A program made the translations under genes and the position numbers. A stretch of DNA of 64,000 nucleotides, taken from NCBI GenBank assembly GCA_051251915.1, contig JBPOGF010000018.1:39093-103092 (forward strand), read 5' to 3'. The stretch is from Akkermansiaceae bacterium. GTDB lineage: Bacteria; Verrucomicrobiota; Verrucomicrobiia; Verrucomicrobiales; Akkermansiaceae. Shown piece by piece: positions 28,577 to 37,984 of this stretch. The first letter of the stretch is position 1, and every line of letters begins with the position of its first letter. The notes below the pieces were generated by a model that was not told the DNA's origin, ran no database searches, and worked only from the letters and a program-made list of their open reading frames with translations.

Positions 28577-29764
28577 TTAGCTAATAAATTTGACGATGTG
28601 CTTTTTGCTGAGGCGGAGGATGTCGTCGGGTTTTGGGGTGACTGCGACGGCTGGGTCTGTGAGTTTTTCTCCGTTTAGCTGGATGGCTCCGGGGATGATG
28701 CTTTGTTTTTTGAGCTCACCGTTGGATTTCTTGAGGTTGAAGGCGGATTGGTAAACGGCGGAGGCTAGTGAGAGGACTGTGAGGTCGTCGGGTAGGCTGG
28801 CGATGGATACTTCTGTGGCGCCGGCGGCGATGTTTCCTGAGCTTCTTTCTTTTGAGATCTGGATGGCTTTGTCTGCTTCTTCTGCGTTGTGGAAGCGGGT
28901 GGCGATGCGTCTGGCGAGTTCGCGTTTGGCTTCACGTGGGTCGATGGTGGTGTCGCATTCTTGGCCGAGGAGCATGAGGTAGTATTTGTGCATGAGCTCG
29001 TCTGAGATGCTCATGATTTTGTCCACCATGGCGGTGGCTGGCTCACTGACTCCGATGTAGTTGTGTGAGGACTTGGACATCTTTTTGACTCCGTCTAGGC
29101 CTTCTAGGAGGGGGAGGACGATGACGACTTGCTGTGGCATGCCTTCTTCTTTCTGCATGTCGCGGCCTACGAGGTTGTTGAAGAGTTGGTCTGTGCCGCC
29201 GAGTTCTACGTCTGCTTTTACCATGACTGAGTCCCAGCCTTGCATGAGAGGGTATTGGAGTTCGTGGAGGCGGACTTCTGTGCCTTCTGAAACGCGGTTC
29301 TTGAAGTCTTCACGCTGGAGCATTTGCTGGAGGGTGACGCGGGCGTTGAGTTTGAGGATTTCCTCGTAGGTCATTTTGCGGAACCAGTCGCCGTTGTAGA
29401 CTACTTCGGTTTTGTCTGGGTCGAGGATTTTGAAAGCTTGGTCTGTGTATGTTTTGGCATTTACGAGGACTTCTTCACGGGTGATGGGGGGGCGTGCTGT
29501 GGAGCGGCCGGTGGGGTCACCAACGGTGGCGGTGAAGTCACCTATGAGGAGGACTGCGGTGTGCCCTAGCTCTTGGAACTGGCGGAGTTTTTCCATGACG
29601 ACGGTGTGGCCGAGGTGGATGTCTGGGGCGGTAGGGTCTACTCCTAACTTGATGCGTAGGGGGCGTCCTAGTTCTAGTTTCTCTGTGAGTTCTTTTTCAC
29701 TGAGAACTTTGGCAGTTCCAGAGGTAAGTTTTTTTAGGATATCGGCAGTGTTTTGATCGCTCAT
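28577..29764 (-). CDS. tyrS: Tyrosine--tRNA ligase
   Basis: KLGVDPTAPDIHLGH, YPLMQGWDS, GGTDQLFN, KMSKS, S4-like tail. Confidence 0.97.
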   Translation of the reverse strand: MSDQNTADILKKLTSGTAKVLSEKELTEKLELGRPLRIKLGVDPTAPDIHLGHTVVMEKLRQFQELGHTAVLLIGDFTATVGDPTGRSTARPPITREEVLVNAKTYTDQAFKILDPDKTEVVYNGDWFRKMTYEEILKLNARVTLQQMLQREDFKNRVSEGTEVRLHELQYPLMQGWDSVMVKADVELGGTDQLFNNLVGRDMQKEEGMPQQVVIVLPLLEGLDGVKKMSKSSHNYIGVSEPATAMVDKIMSISDELMHKYYLMLLGQECDTTIDPREAKRELARRIATRFHNAEEADKAIQISKERSSGNIAAGATEVSIASLPDDLTVLSLASAVYQSAFNLKKSNGELKKQSIIPGAIQLNGEKLTDPAVAVTPKPDDILRLSKKHIVKFIS

Positions 29765-29896
29765 GACGAGTGAGTAGTTAGAGGATAATTTAGGTGGTGT
29801 GAAGCTTTTTTAGTATGGATGTGATTCTGAAGTGATCTAGCTTCTGATCTTCCCGCTTTACATGGCTCGGGGAATACGGTAATTCTTGCATTAGCG

Positions 29897-30223
29897 ATGA
29901 TTAGTAAAGAGGATATCCATTCACTATTGGCGAAGAAGCAGGCTGGCGTTGGTCGGATGCGGGAGCGTCAGCGACGTGTGCATATGAGGATGGCTCAACT
30001 TGTGGAAGACCGTCCTGAGGTAATAGATGATGCGGTGAAGAGAGTGATGCAGCGACTCGAAAATACGGGAGCTGCGACGCGTGATATTTATATGGAGTGG
30101 TATGAGATATTGACTACTTGGTCTGCTGAGAGGATAGCCTGTATGCTACGCGATGATAGTGCTAACACTGAACAGCTTCGATCGTGTGCACCGTTTGACT
30201 TTTGTAAATGCGGTGTTAGTTAG
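29897..30223 (+). CDS. Small helical protein, putative antitoxin-like partner
   Basis: EWYEIL...LRDDS..EQLRSCAPF pattern; 5 nt upstream of the nucleotidyltransferase gene. Confidence 0.55.
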   Translation: MISKEDIHSLLAKKQAGVGRMRERQRRVHMRMAQLVEDRPEVIDDAVKRVMQRLENTGAATRDIYMEWYEILTTWSAERIACMLRDDSANTEQLRSCAPFDFCKCGVS

Positions 30224-30228
30224 GCGGC

Positions 30229-30801
30229 ATGTCTGTAGGGAGAGAATTATTTGAGCAGGATCTTAAGGTTGCTTTAGCTGCTGCTGCGAGTGCTTATAGA
30301 CGGAAGCGGTTTGTGATTGTGGGGTCTGCTGCTATTTTGGCGACTCATCCGGATGCGCCGAGTTTTTTACGTTTGTCTGCGGATATTGATATGTTTCCGA
30401 TACGGAAGCTGGATACGACGGATTTTCAGTCGGGTGATGAGCAGGTGGGACAGGCTTCGGCATTTGAGGTGGAACATGAATTTTATATTGAGAGGTTGGG
30501 GGACTGGACGATGTTGTCGCAACCTGAGGGGTGGTTTGAGCGCTGTGTGAAATACAGTACTCCTGGGGAAGTTGAGGGTGAGAAGGTAACCGTCGATGGT
30601 TATTGTCTGCTGCCGCTTGATCTGGCTTACAATAAGTTGGAGGCTGGGAGAGATAAGGATCTGAACTTTGTGGCAGGGTTGCTGGCGGAGAAGATTATTT
30701 CTTTAGCAGAGTTGGAGGAGTTTATCAAGGTGGGGTGTCCACACGAGGACTTCTTGCCGACGATAGCGAAGAATCTGGAATTGATCAAGGCTGCTATGTA
30801 G
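30229..30801 (+). CDS. DUF6036-like nucleotidyltransferase
   Basis: VIVGSAA and SADID (Pol-beta-like GS...DxD); DLAYNKLEAGRDKD. Confidence 0.7.
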   Translation: MSVGRELFEQDLKVALAAAASAYRRKRFVIVGSAAILATHPDAPSFLRLSADIDMFPIRKLDTTDFQSGDEQVGQASAFEVEHEFYIERLGDWTMLSQPEGWFERCVKYSTPGEVEGEKVTVDGYCLLPLDLAYNKLEAGRDKDLNFVAGLLAEKIISLAELEEFIKVGCPHEDFLPTIAKNLELIKAAM

Positions 30802-30836
30802 CTTGGGGAGGGTGCTAGGTGGCTTTTGAACCTTTA

Positions 30837-32762
30837 TTAGAGGGGGAGGTCGTAGGATCTGCCGTCTACGCCGTCGAACCAGTTGATGTAGGCTAGGTTG
30901 ACTGTGGCTACGCCGCCAGCGGTAGGGTAATTTCCGGTGAAATACCAGTCTCCGCAGGGGCCTTCGACGGCTTCGTGGAGGTCTTCGATGGTTTGGAAGA
31001 TGATTTCGACTTCGCCTTTCCAGTCCATGTCTTCTGGTGTTACCATGAGGCTGACTTCTGCAGAAATTTCTTCTGCGGTGAAGGGATCATAGATCATTTT
31101 GACTTTGTTGACGCGTTCATCTGCTGGCTTTTGTAGCTCAGCTTTGCAGGCGTCATAGACTTCTTGGAGGTAGTGATGGTTGCCAGCTTTCTTGTGGAGT
31201 GCAATGGCGGCTGCGAAGGCACAGAATTTTCCTAGCTCAGACATGTCGATGCCGTAGCAGTCCGGGTAACGGATCTGTGGGGCGGTAGAGCAGATGGCTA
31301 TTTTGCGTGGGTTGGTGCGGGAGAGGATTCTGAGAATGGATTGCTTTAGTGTGGTTCCGCGGACGATGGAGTCGTCTAGCATGACTAGGACGTCATCTTC
31401 TTTGACGATGCCGTAGGTGATGTCATAGACGTGGGAGACGAGTTGGGCACGGCCTTTTTCTTGTGAAATGAAGGTGCGCATTTTGACGTCTTTGTGGGCC
31501 ATTTTCTCGCCTTGTGGCCAGTTTTTAAGGATGACGTCGTCTAGGAGTTCTTCATCGAGCTTGCCGTTTTTGATGGCTTTTAGGAGTTCGGATCTGACTT
31601 CTTTTCTGCGGTGTTCACGGAGTCCTTCCATGAGGCCGTAGTATGCTGTTTCTGCGGTGTTAGGAATGAATGAGAAGACTGCTTTGTCGAAGTTTCCGTC
31701 CATTGATTTGAGCACTTGTTGGCTGAGCATGGCTCCCATTTTCTTACGCTCTTGGTAGATGTCTGGGTCATTTCCTCTGGAGAAGTAGATGCGCTCGAAG
31801 GAGCAAGGTTTGTATTCCTTAGGTTCTTCAAATTGAGAGGTGCTAATGATTCCGTGGTGATCAACGACCATCATTTCTCCTGGGCTAAGCTCTTTTACTT
31901 CTTCTTGCTCAGATTCAAAAACGGTCATGAGTGGGACGCGCTCGGATGCGAATGCGATGACTTCATCGTCGATGTAGTAGTGGCATGGTCTGATGCCGCG
32001 AGGGTCACGCATGGCGAACATGTCGCCATTTCCTGCTGCACCTGAGATGGCGTATCCACCGTCCCATGCCTTAGCGGCTTCGGCTACGATTTTGTGGAGG
32101 TCCATTTTCTCAGAGATTTTGTTAGGAATCTCGGTGCCGGGGTGGCCTGCGTCTCTGAGCTGGTGGTAGAGGTCTGTGTGAGCTTCGTCCATGTGGAAGC
32201 CGATTTCTTCTAGGACTGTCTGGGTGTCTGTGCCGAAGACTGGGTGTTGACCGCGCTCGATGAGAGTTTGGTTGAGAGCCCCTGCATTGGTCATGTTGAA
32301 GTTGCCTTGGACCATGAGTGTGCGGGTTGGCCAATTGGAGCGGCGCAGGTAGGGGTGGCAGGAGCCGGAGTCAAATTTACCAGATGTTCCGTAGCGTAGG
32401 TGGCCCATGAGGACTTCGCCGCCGAAGTCGAATTCTGATTTGACGCTGTCTGCGTTGTTTTGGTCAAGGTGGCCTTTTCTTGCCATCTTGTTGAAGTTTT
32501 TGATCTCTTTGTTAAAGATGGCTGGGAGTGCGTCTTTCTCGGCATTTCTGCGTCTGAAGATGTATGGCTGGCCGATGGGCATGTTTAGCTTACAGCAGCC
32601 GATGCCGATGCCGTCTTGCCCGCGGTTGCGTTGCTTTTCCATGAGGAGGAAGAGCTTGTTAAGACCCCAGAGGGCGGTGCCGTATTTGTCGATGTAGTAG
32701 GCTATTGGCTTGCGTAGTCTGACTACGGCGATTCCGCATTCGTGTTTGATAGGGTCACTCAT
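30837..32762 (-). CDS. purF: Amidophosphoribosyltransferase (long 641-aa form)
   Basis: HECGI N-terminal Cys, QRNRGQDG, GHLRYGT, RDPRGIRP, CSFERIYFSR, DDSIVRGTT, YPDCYGID. Confidence 0.93.
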   Translation of the reverse strand: MSDPIKHECGIAVVRLRKPIAYYIDKYGTALWGLNKLFLLMEKQRNRGQDGIGIGCCKLNMPIGQPYIFRRRNAEKDALPAIFNKEIKNFNKMARKGHLDQNNADSVKSEFDFGGEVLMGHLRYGTSGKFDSGSCHPYLRRSNWPTRTLMVQGNFNMTNAGALNQTLIERGQHPVFGTDTQTVLEEIGFHMDEAHTDLYHQLRDAGHPGTEIPNKISEKMDLHKIVAEAAKAWDGGYAISGAAGNGDMFAMRDPRGIRPCHYYIDDEVIAFASERVPLMTVFESEQEEVKELSPGEMMVVDHHGIISTSQFEEPKEYKPCSFERIYFSRGNDPDIYQERKKMGAMLSQQVLKSMDGNFDKAVFSFIPNTAETAYYGLMEGLREHRRKEVRSELLKAIKNGKLDEELLDDVILKNWPQGEKMAHKDVKMRTFISQEKGRAQLVSHVYDITYGIVKEDDVLVMLDDSIVRGTTLKQSILRILSRTNPRKIAICSTAPQIRYPDCYGIDMSELGKFCAFAAAIALHKKAGNHHYLQEVYDACKAELQKPADERVNKVKMIYDPFTAEEISAEVSLMVTPEDMDWKGEVEIIFQTIEDLHEAVEGPCGDWYFTGNYPTAGGVATVNLAYINWFDGVDGRSYDLPL

Positions 32763-32798
32763 GGTTCAACGTATGTTTTGGGGGTTGTTAGAAAAAAT

Positions 32799-33797
32799 TT
32801 AACTAGGCGATTTTTCTGAGACTCTTACGCCTTCTTGTGGGACGACGGTGCCGATGACGTGTCCGCCGTTTCCGGCTGTGAGGACTTTGTCGACATCATC
32901 TGGTGAGACGATGCACACCCAGCCGATTCCCATGTTGAAGGTATGGAACTTATCATCAGCGTCGATGAATTCGAAGAGTTTACGCATTGGGGCGTTGTCC
33001 CAATATGGGATTTCAAGATCTGCGCCGAGGCCTTGGAATAGGCGTTCTAGGTTTTCTGGTAGGCCGCCGCCAGTGATGTGGGCGTAGGCTTTAGGGATGA
33101 CTCCTGAGGATTTCACATCAGCTACTACATCGTGGTAGAGGCGAGTGGGTGCGAGGAGTGATACGATTTCTTCTTTGGTGAAAAGGTCTGGGTTTTCAGC
33201 GAGGACGCGACGGATGAGGCTCCAGCCGTTGGCGTGTGGTCCGTCTGATCCGAAGCCAACTAGGATGTCGCCTTCTTTGATAGTGGTGGGGTCGATCATC
33301 TCTGGCTTTTCAGCACAGCCGATGCAGAATCCTGCGAGTTCGATGACATCAGTAGGGACGATTCCTGGCATTTCTGCTGTTTCTCCGCCTGCAAGGATGC
33401 AGCCGCAAGATTCTAGGTAATCACACATTCCAGCGATCAGGGCTGTGATCATTGGTTTGTCTAGGGCTGCTATTCCGATGTAGTCTAGGAACATGAGGGG
33501 ATCTCCACCGGTGGTGAGGATATCATTCACGCTCATGGCTACGAGGTCCTTTCCGGCACCGCCGTATTCGCCATGCTCTAGCTGGATTTCCAGCTTGGTG
33601 CCTACGCCGTCACAGCCTGTGACGATGACGGGTTGCTTGTATTCGCTGAGATCAAAAGCAGCGGCAAACAGGCCAAAGGCACCGTGAAGTTTGCGTTGTT
33701 GCTGTGTTCTTTTCACATGCGTGCCAATGTCGCCAACGAGTGCAGCTGCCTCGCGTGTGTCGACTCCAGATTCCTTATAAGTTAGCTTGCCTGACAT
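32799..33797 (-). CDS. purM: Phosphoribosylformylglycinamidine cyclo-ligase
   Basis: TYKESGVD, DGVGTK, AMSVND, GGETAEMP, HITGGGL, TFNMGIG; likely ATG 33797 (ORF track starts 33809). Confidence 0.95.
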   Translation of the reverse strand: MSGKLTYKESGVDTREAAALVGDIGTHVKRTQQQRKLHGAFGLFAAAFDLSEYKQPVIVTGCDGVGTKLEIQLEHGEYGGAGKDLVAMSVNDILTTGGDPLMFLDYIGIAALDKPMITALIAGMCDYLESCGCILAGGETAEMPGIVPTDVIELAGFCIGCAEKPEMIDPTTIKEGDILVGFGSDGPHANGWSLIRRVLAENPDLFTKEEIVSLLAPTRLYHDVVADVKSSGVIPKAYAHITGGGLPENLERLFQGLGADLEIPYWDNAPMRKLFEFIDADDKFHTFNMGIGWVCIVSPDDVDKVLTAGNGGHVIGTVVPQEGVRVSEKSPS

Positions 33798-34039
33798 AGT
33801 CTGTGGCAATGTTGTAACACCCCGCGGACAAGTGGCAAGCCCTTAGCACAGAAAAAGTCAGTAATTTGTCTTCGGGGTGTTTAAAGTGCTTATTTTAAGG
33901 AGTTTTGGGTGGATATTTTATCTTGAGGTATTAGAGGTTAAAGAGACTGAATATTGTTAGATTGAAATGGTGTTGACTGAGTGAGCTGGGGTGAGTAGAA
34001 AAATGGTAGGTAATTTTTTTGTCCTGTTTTTTTTTGATC

Positions 34040-35818
34040 ATGCTATTGTTTCTTATACGTTCATTATTGCTCCTTGTTTGTACCGTGGCTACGGTGGGAG
34101 GTCTGGGCTACAAGTGGTGGCTGGCGCAGGAGGAGTTGGTGACGGACAGGGAAAAGGTGGTGATGGGGCTTAGTGAGGATGGGGTTTTGGCTACGCCTAT
34201 GCAGGTGAGGGTTTCTGCGGAAGCGGGTGATGTGGGAATGTTAAATATTTTGGGGGAGCTGGGGGTAAGTTTTGATAGTGTGGGTAGTGATGGGCGGGAT
34301 TCTGTTCATTTAGCGATGGATAATCATCAGTGGGGGGCGCTGGAGGTGGTGCGGAAGTATGCGAAGGATCAAGATAGGCCGGATGGGGCTGGGAGGACGC
34401 CGCTGCAGAAGTTGATGGCGAAGGGGTATTTGAATCTGGCTCAGAGTTTTGTGGATCATGGTGCGGAGGTTGACTTTAGAGTGGTGACTGATGTGGGTGA
34501 GGTTCCGGCGAGTGTTCATTTTTTGAAGACAGAGAATAAGAAGAATTTTGAGTTTATTATCAATAATGCGGCTGATCTGGATGCGTGTGATGATGGAGGG
34601 AAGAGTCTTTTACAGCTAGCGGTAGAGGGTGGGGATGTGGCTGAGGGTATGAAGCTGATTAAGTATGGGGCGGATACGAGTGAGTTGAAGTTGGCAGGGA
34701 ATGATGCTTTTATCGAGTTGATCAAGAATCCGTCATTATACCAGCTTGATGAGGATGGACAGATAGAGCTTTTATCTGAACTGATACAGCGTGGTGCGGA
34801 TGTGAATGGGGGTGGTGGTGATGCGGGTGGACAGCGACCGCTGAGCATTGCTATGCGGGAGGGGCATTTGGCGGTGTTTGATTTACTTCTTGAGCATACG
34901 AAAAAGGATGAGGGTTATGTGTGGGAGGCTATTCAATTACAGCGTCCGGAGATGCTGAGATCATTGTTGCAGGCTGGGGTGAGTGCGGATGTGAAGAACG
35001 ATGATGGGCAGACTCCGTTTATGGCGATGCTTGAGCAGGGGGATGATAGGGCGGCTGAGGTGATGAGTGTTCTGTTAGATCATGGGGCGGATGCGGATCA
35101 GGTGACGGAGACTGGGCAGCGTGCGTTGTTTGCGGCGATAGCGGCTAGGAAGTCTGCGATAGCTCAGGCGTTGGTGGATCATCCTAGGGGGGCGGATGTG
35201 CATGAGGCGATGGTGTATCCTGTGAGTGTGGAGTTCCGAGAGTTGTTTGGTAAGAAAGGGTTGTTTGATTGGTATTGTAGAAATGTTCGTGGGCTTACGC
35301 CGCTGATGGTGGCGGTTTTGACTGATGAGCTTTATGTGGCGGAAGATTTGATTAAGAAGGGGGCGAATAGGACTCAGCGGACGAGTGCGAGGAGTTATCC
35401 GATTCAGATGGCTGCGGGGATGAAGAATGTGAAGATGCAGCAGTTGGTGCTGGGGGTTCCTTTTGAGGATGATGAGCAGGTGAGAAATTACATTATCGAT
35501 TTGTCTGAGCAGAAGGCGTATCTTTATGAGAATGGTGAGCTGCTGAAGTCATCGCGCTGTTCTACTGGTAAGAGTGGGTATAGGACTCCGGTGGGTGAGT
35601 ATGTGGTGAGTGATAAACAGAAGCATAAAGTTTCTAATATTTATAGAGGGGCTAAGATGCCTTATTTTCAGAGGTTTTCTTGTTCTGACTTTGGATTTCA
35701 CCAGGGGAATACTTATGCGGGTTTTCTTTCTCATGGGTGTATACGGTTGCCGATGAGTAATGCGAAGTTCTTCTTTAATAATAGTAAGGTGGGGGACCGG
35801 GTTACGATTCGGAAGTAG
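34040..35818 (+). CDS. Ankyrin-repeat protein fused to a C-terminal L,D-transpeptidase (YkuD) domain
   Basis: N-terminal TM/signal; many ankyrin units (GRTPL, GADVN, GQTPF, GLTPL); IDLSEQK..STGK..TPVG..MPY..FHQG..SHGCIRL. Confidence 0.85.
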   Translation: MLLFLIRSLLLLVCTVATVGGLGYKWWLAQEELVTDREKVVMGLSEDGVLATPMQVRVSAEAGDVGMLNILGELGVSFDSVGSDGRDSVHLAMDNHQWGALEVVRKYAKDQDRPDGAGRTPLQKLMAKGYLNLAQSFVDHGAEVDFRVVTDVGEVPASVHFLKTENKKNFEFIINNAADLDACDDGGKSLLQLAVEGGDVAEGMKLIKYGADTSELKLAGNDAFIELIKNPSLYQLDEDGQIELLSELIQRGADVNGGGGDAGGQRPLSIAMREGHLAVFDLLLEHTKKDEGYVWEAIQLQRPEMLRSLLQAGVSADVKNDDGQTPFMAMLEQGDDRAAEVMSVLLDHGADADQVTETGQRALFAAIAARKSAIAQALVDHPRGADVHEAMVYPVSVEFRELFGKKGLFDWYCRNVRGLTPLMVAVLTDELYVAEDLIKKGANRTQRTSARSYPIQMAAGMKNVKMQQLVLGVPFEDDEQVRNYIIDLSEQKAYLYENGELLKSSRCSTGKSGYRTPVGEYVVSDKQKHKVSNIYRGAKMPYFQRFSCSDFGFHQGNTYAGFLSHGCIRLPMSNAKFFFNNSKVGDRVTIRK

Positions 35819-35915
35819 GAGTTGGTTTGGGGTGTGTTTTTGGGTTCTGGGGTTATGGGAAAAGATTCTAAACTATGGGATTTACTAACGGGGGAATTTC
35901 TCTATTCCTAGGGGC

Positions 35916-36653
35916 ATGACGAAACTTTTGATTACTGGGAAATCTGGGCGAATGGGGCAGACGTTGATTGAGGCGACTGAGCTGAATCCGCAGTCCGAGC
36001 TAGGTGGTACACATGATGCTGGGGAAGACCTTACCTCTGCGTTTGAGGGGGTGGATGCGGCGATTGATTTTACGGTGCATTTTTTTACCACGGAGGTGGT
36101 GGAGGCTGCGCTGGCTAGTGGGACTCCGTTAGTGATAGGAACTACTGGGCATTCTGATGAGGAGAAGGCGGTTATTTTGAAGGCGGCAGAGACGTTGCCG
36201 ATTGTGTTTGCTTCTAATTATAGTGTGGGGGTGAATACTTTGTTTTGGCTGACGCGTAAGGCGGCGGGGGTTTTGGGGAATGATCGGTTTGATATTGAGG
36301 TGGTGGAGATGCATCATCATCATAAGATAGATGCTCCTTCTGGGACGGCTCGCACGTTATTAGATATTCTGAATGAGGAGACGAATACTTCTTATGAGGA
36401 TGATGTGGTGCATGGGAGAGTGGGTAATATTGGTGCGCGTCCATCGAAGGAGATAGGGATGCATACGTTGCGCGGTGGTGATGTGGTGGGTGATCATACG
36501 GTGATGTTTGCTGCTGATGGAGAGCGTGTGGAGCTGACACATAAGGCGAGTAGCCGGATGACATTTGCGAGTGGTGCTGTGCAGGCGGCTGTATGGCTGC
36601 AGGATAAGCCGGCTGGTCTCTATAATATGCAGGATGTGCTTGGCTTGAAATAA
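35916..36653 (+). CDS. dapB: 4-hydroxy-tetrahydrodipicolinate reductase
   Basis: GKSGRMG, IDFT, GTTG, EMHHHHKIDAPSGTA, GDHTV. Confidence 0.96.
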   Translation: MTKLLITGKSGRMGQTLIEATELNPQSELGGTHDAGEDLTSAFEGVDAAIDFTVHFFTTEVVEAALASGTPLVIGTTGHSDEEKAVILKAAETLPIVFASNYSVGVNTLFWLTRKAAGVLGNDRFDIEVVEMHHHHKIDAPSGTARTLLDILNEETNTSYEDDVVHGRVGNIGARPSKEIGMHTLRGGDVVGDHTVMFAADGERVELTHKASSRMTFASGAVQAAVWLQDKPAGLYNMQDVLGLK

Positions 36654-36662
36654 TTTTATAAA

Positions 36663-37172
36663 GTGGCTACTAGAGTAGGAATAGCGCTGGGGACTAACCT
36701 AGGGAACCGTCTTACGCATTTGCGTGGTGCGCGTGAGATGTTGCGTCAGTTGGCGGATGTGGACTCGCATTATCTGGAGGCGCCTATTTACCAATCTGAG
36801 CCGGTGGGGTGTGGTGAGGATTCGCCGGATTTCTACAATACGGTGATTGAGATTGATTATATTGGTAAGCCTTATGACTTATTGGCGAAGACTCAGGGGA
36901 TAGAATTTCATCTTGGGCGAGAGGCTGTGTATGAGCGGAATGCGCCACGGATTATTGATGTGGATATTCTTTATTTTGGTGATGAGGTGCTGCGAGATGA
37001 GATTTTGACTATTCCGCATCCGCGTTTGATTCATAGACGATTTGTGCTTCAGCCGCTCAGTGACATCCGACCAGACCTTATTCTTCCAGGTGATGAGGTG
37101 ACCATTTCTGAGCATTTACTTCATTTAGACACCGACGAGCCGCTACTTAATCTTGTGCAGAGTGGGTGGTAG
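36663..37172 (+). CDS. folK: 2-amino-4-hydroxy-6-hydroxymethyldihydropteridine diphosphokinase
   Basis: IALGTNLG, FYN, PRIIDVDIL, IPHPR...RRFVL. Confidence 0.95.
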   Translation: MATRVGIALGTNLGNRLTHLRGAREMLRQLADVDSHYLEAPIYQSEPVGCGEDSPDFYNTVIEIDYIGKPYDLLAKTQGIEFHLGREAVYERNAPRIIDVDILYFGDEVLRDEILTIPHPRLIHRRFVLQPLSDIRPDLILPGDEVTISEHLLHLDTDEPLLNLVQSGW

Positions 37173-37192
37173 TGTAAACTAACTTATTAATT

Positions 37193-37963
37193 ATGAAATC
37201 TATCGAAAAAGCAGAACGCGTTAAGTCTATGAAGGGGAGTAAGCCGGTGAGTTGTCTTACTGGGTATGATTTTGCTACAGGTAAGCTTTTAGATGAGGCT
37301 GGAGTAGATGTTATCCTTGTGGGAGATTCTCTGGGGATGGTGGTGTTAGGTTTTCCTGATACGACGCATGTGACGATGGATCATATGTTGCATCACACTG
37401 CTGCTGTAGGGCGTGGGGTGAAAAATGCGTTGGTAGTGGGGGATTTGCCGATTCATTCATATGATTCACCTGAGGAAGCATTGAAAAATGCTAAGCTTTT
37501 GGTGGAGGTTGGGGCTGATGCGGTGAAGCTGGAGGGTGGGGTGAAGCAGATTGAGAAGGTGGAGGCTATTATTGAGGCGGGGATTCCGGTCTTTGGTCAT
37601 ATGGGGATGTTGCCACAGCGGGTTCTGGAGGAGGGTGGCTATAAGAAGAAGGGGAAATCTGATGACGAGGTGGATGCTATTTTGGAAGGTTGTCTTGCGC
37701 TTGAGAAGGCGGGGTGTTTTGCGATTGTTTTAGAGAGCGTGGTGGGTAAATCTGCTGCGAAGATTACTGATGCGTTGGTGATTCCTACGATTGGGATTGG
37801 TTGTGGTGAGGGGAATTGTGATGGGGAGATAGCGGTGATCACTGATGTGGTAGGTGCTTATCCTTGGTTTGTTCCGCCGTTTGCTACTGTCCGTGCGGAT
37901 GTGGCTGGGGAGACGAAGCGTGCTGCTGTTGATTACATTGCGGCTGTGCAGCGACGTGGGTAA
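37193..37963 (+). CDS. panB: 3-methyl-2-oxobutanoate hydroxymethyltransferase
   Basis: LVGDSLGM, AVKLEGG, GHMGMLPQ, PTIGIG. Confidence 0.96.
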   Translation: MKSIEKAERVKSMKGSKPVSCLTGYDFATGKLLDEAGVDVILVGDSLGMVVLGFPDTTHVTMDHMLHHTAAVGRGVKNALVVGDLPIHSYDSPEEALKNAKLLVEVGADAVKLEGGVKQIEKVEAIIEAGIPVFGHMGMLPQRVLEEGGYKKKGKSDDEVDAILEGCLALEKAGCFAIVLESVVGKSAAKITDALVIPTIGIGCGEGNCDGEIAVITDVVGAYPWFVPPFATVRADVAGETKRAAVDYIAAVQRRG

Positions 37964-37984
37964 GGCTGGTTCTTTTAGAGAGTT

